Shown: piece by piece, positions 61,290 to 64,000 of the stretch
How positions within the stretch are numbered: position 1 is the stretch's first letter
Layout: each line of letters starts with the position of its first letter
DNA from: Nageia nagi
Taxonomy: Eukaryota > Plantae > Pinophyta
Direction: 5' to 3'
NCBI GenBank assembly: GCA_050084985.1
Contig: JBITNC010000001.1
Span: 215,822,001-215,886,000, forward strand
DNA: 64,000 nt
The notes under the pieces: generated by a model
Told to the model about the DNA's origin: nothing
Database searches by the model: none
What the model saw: the letters and a program-made list of their open reading frames with translations, nothing else
Position numbers and translations under genes: made by a program

Positions 61290-64000
61290 GGAGTGGGACT
61301 CTGTGCCAAAAGTATGGCCAAAAATCATTAAAAAAGTCTTATTTTTTACTATATATGCCCAAAACATGTGCCCAACCCCAGAAATGCATTTCCAAATTTG
61401 AAAACACGACCGAAAACACGATATTGGAGTTTCGTACCAGTACCCACGTTTCAAGGAGTTTACGATACTGGTACAAGGGTTGGGGGGCAAGTTTCCTACA
61501 ACTTAGATACAAAGGCATTTTTTATTTTTTTGTGCTTCTATATTCTTGCAAGCTTGCAAAAAAAAGGACTTAGGTCTGTGGGCGTTTGTGCAAGTGCGGA
61601 TCTGTGATTGCGAGAAGTTAAATGCTGATTTGTGAGTTTTGTCCATCATGAGTAAAGATCTTTGTGGCTAGGTTTCTTCATTTCCTTGCATTCTACATAG
61701 AAAATCGTCCATAAAATGCCCAAGGATGGATCCATTCCAGCAATATGCAACACAAGTGGAGGGCGAGCTAGAGAAGGTGCAATGTAACATTTGTAAAAAA
61801 GCTTGTGTCTGAAGAAATCTATAGGTTTAAAATCATATTTTACAAGAATGGGGAGAGATGTAGATATTTGCCCAAATGAAAATGCAAATCTTGCCATAGA
61901 AGCAAGCAATCCCTACAAGTTGCAACAAATAAGAAGATTAAGACTCAAGAGGGCTGCCATTCAAACTGAGCTAGGGGTAAATGCTTCGTGATTTCGGATT
62001 CCTATTGATATTTCTAATTCTCCCAGTCAACAAGGTTCTCCATTTTCTAGAATTTCTGCCTACTTTGCACCATATACACAACTTGGAGCCAAACTATCTA
62101 TTACAATATTGTTGAATAATAATAAAAAAAAGAGCTAAAAGTGGCCAAGATGGTATACTATAAAGGTCTTCCTATCAACATTGCCAAGAGCCCACTTGGG
62201 CAGCCAATGTTCAATGCAGCTTGTTTGATTGGGGCTGGGTACAATGCACCTACTTACAAAGAAATGCAGGAGCCTCTTGTGCGAGACATCAAGCAAGAGT
62301 GCTTAAATATGTATATTATATTTTTTAAATTGTTTCTTCACTTGTAGTTTTTAATTATATTTTTGTATAGTTGTATTTTAATTGCCTTTTTTTAGGTTGT
62401 TTGAGATTCAAGAATCTAGGAAGGTAATAGATTATACCAGTGTTTGAAAGTTCGCTCCTCGCCACTCATTGTTTTCCCTGCTGAGGAGATTAATCGGCGA
62501 TTCGGCAAAAATTAGGCAAAAGTTCGGCAAAAAAAAATGCAGAAAAATATATCAGCAATCATTTAATTTTTTTGTTTTAAATATCACAGCAGCCTTTGCT
62601 ATTGTAGTAGTCATTTGCTATTACAACAATCATTTGCAAGATAGGATTTTAATATCACCAAAACACATTACAAAAACACAGTCATTTGCTATTACAAGAG
62701 TCTTGAAAACTGAAAAGTAGGTGCTATTTTCTATTACCAAAACACACATGATATTGCATTATAGATGAGGGCAATATGTTTTTCGTATCAAAATACTGCA
62801 TAGTGCATAGGTTGCATACTAACATAGTAAGTACATAAATTTCAAAATACATTTGGCAATGTTTCTTTGAATGTGCAAAAAACAAAAAAAGATCCCTCAA
62901 AAACATCAAACATCCAAATATCCGGCAAAAACCGGCGATTATCCAACAAAATCCAGCAAATATTCGAATATTCTCCAAGATGCAATTTTTTCTGGATTTT
63001 TGGCGATTATTCGTTTTCCCCCTCAATTGCAATTATTCGCGGATAATCACAGGTTTTTAAATCTATGGGTTATACTATAATGTTTGATGGCTGTCCGTAT
63101 TGGAAAGGTAGAACCATAATCAATTTCCTAATGTATAGGCTATGAGGCACCATGTTCATGAAATCCATTATTACATTTGTGCATACAAAGCATGCAAATA
63201 GATTGTATTACCTTCTAGACCAATTTGTGCAAGAGGTGGGGATGGAGCGTATTGTCCAAATGGTCACAAACAACGCTGCCAACTATATTGCAACAAAGAA
63301 CTTACTTATAGATAGGTTTCCTACCATTTTTTGCACCCCATGCACTGCTCATTGTATTGATCTCATTCTGAAGGACATAGGCAAACTAAATTGGATGAGA
63401 GTTGGTTGACCAAAGAAGTTCAATCAGGAAGTTCATTTATAACAAAGAATAGCGTGATGAGGCAATGTTTATTTCTAGCAAGTGGTATGCTTCCCCGATG
63501 TGTAAGAGGCCAAAGGGCACAACAATGGCTTCCTTGATAGGTCAAGAGAAATTTTGAGTGGTGGCCAGAAAGATTTGTTTAGTTGTTGAGCCACTTCTTG
63601 TTGTCCTCCACTTAGTTGATGAGAATAGGCCTGCGATGGGCCACTTATATGAGGCCATGGAGAGGGCTAAGAAATCTATCAAGGCCTAGTATGTGGAGCA
63701 CGTTGTGGATGATGAGGATTTTGAAGACAAGTACACCATCTTTAAGGACATCATTGATCAATGATGGAACAACATGCTCCATCACCCTGTTCATGCAAGG
63801 GGGGTTTTATTGAACCCCAACTTCTTATTTGCAATTTTGCACAAAACTCCACGTACATGACTAATCCTAAGGTTTCGAAAGGTTTTGTTACATGCATATG
63901 CAAGATGATGACCAATCTAGCATACGTAACCGTGACATGTACAAAGATGCAATTAGCTTCTTTGGCTTTAATGTTGCTAGGCATGCACATAGTGAGCTCT
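61290..64000 (+). mobile_element. Old, decayed hAT transposon (BED finger and DUF659 remnants)
   Basis: KVQCNICKK; GYNAPTYKEM; TIMFDG; IVQMVTNNAANY, FCTPCTAHCIDLILKDIGK; PAMGHLYEAMERAK. Confidence 0.8.
62438..63067. mobile_element. MITE (hAT-type) inserted in the decayed transposase
   Basis: 8-bp TSD GATTATAC/GGTTATAC; removing it restores ESRKVIGYTIMFDG; CAGTG.../...CTATG ends. Confidence 0.7.

Noticed and set aside
58330-64000. Upstream (N-terminal) exons of the host gene
   Set aside because: No segment encoding the expected VWCMP-containing region was found by eye; presumed to lie beyond the window.

Overview
Eukaryotic, AT-rich, transposon-dominated DNA with the hallmarks of a giant plant genome, most likely a conifer/gymnosperm (inferred from intron sizes and element types). 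The whole window lies inside one minus-strand host gene, a homolog of Arabidopsis At1g45150 (DUF4091/GH123-like). Eleven GT-AG exons join in frame to 421 codons. They are separated by introns of up to about 11.4, 11.9 and 31.3 kb, and both gene ends lie outside the window. The introns hold nested Ty3/gypsy Tat-type LTR elements (two families, called A and E here), a gag-protease-only chromovirus-like element, Ty1/copia and LINE remnants, and two hAT transposons. The most unusual signal is in the LTRs. Both Tat families carry a decayed ~1,100-1,150-codon non-gag/pol ORF inside the LTR (U3), best seen in a 6.66-kb solo LTR with a perfect CATTG target duplication. Upstream of the ORF sits an array of long palindromic motifs. 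The palindrome sequence is family-specific, and in family A the spacing is quantised at about 72/114/145 bp. This suggests an LTR-borne protein plus cognate binding-site module (transactivator or anti-silencing); that function is a hypothesis. All coordinates and alignments were read by eye.
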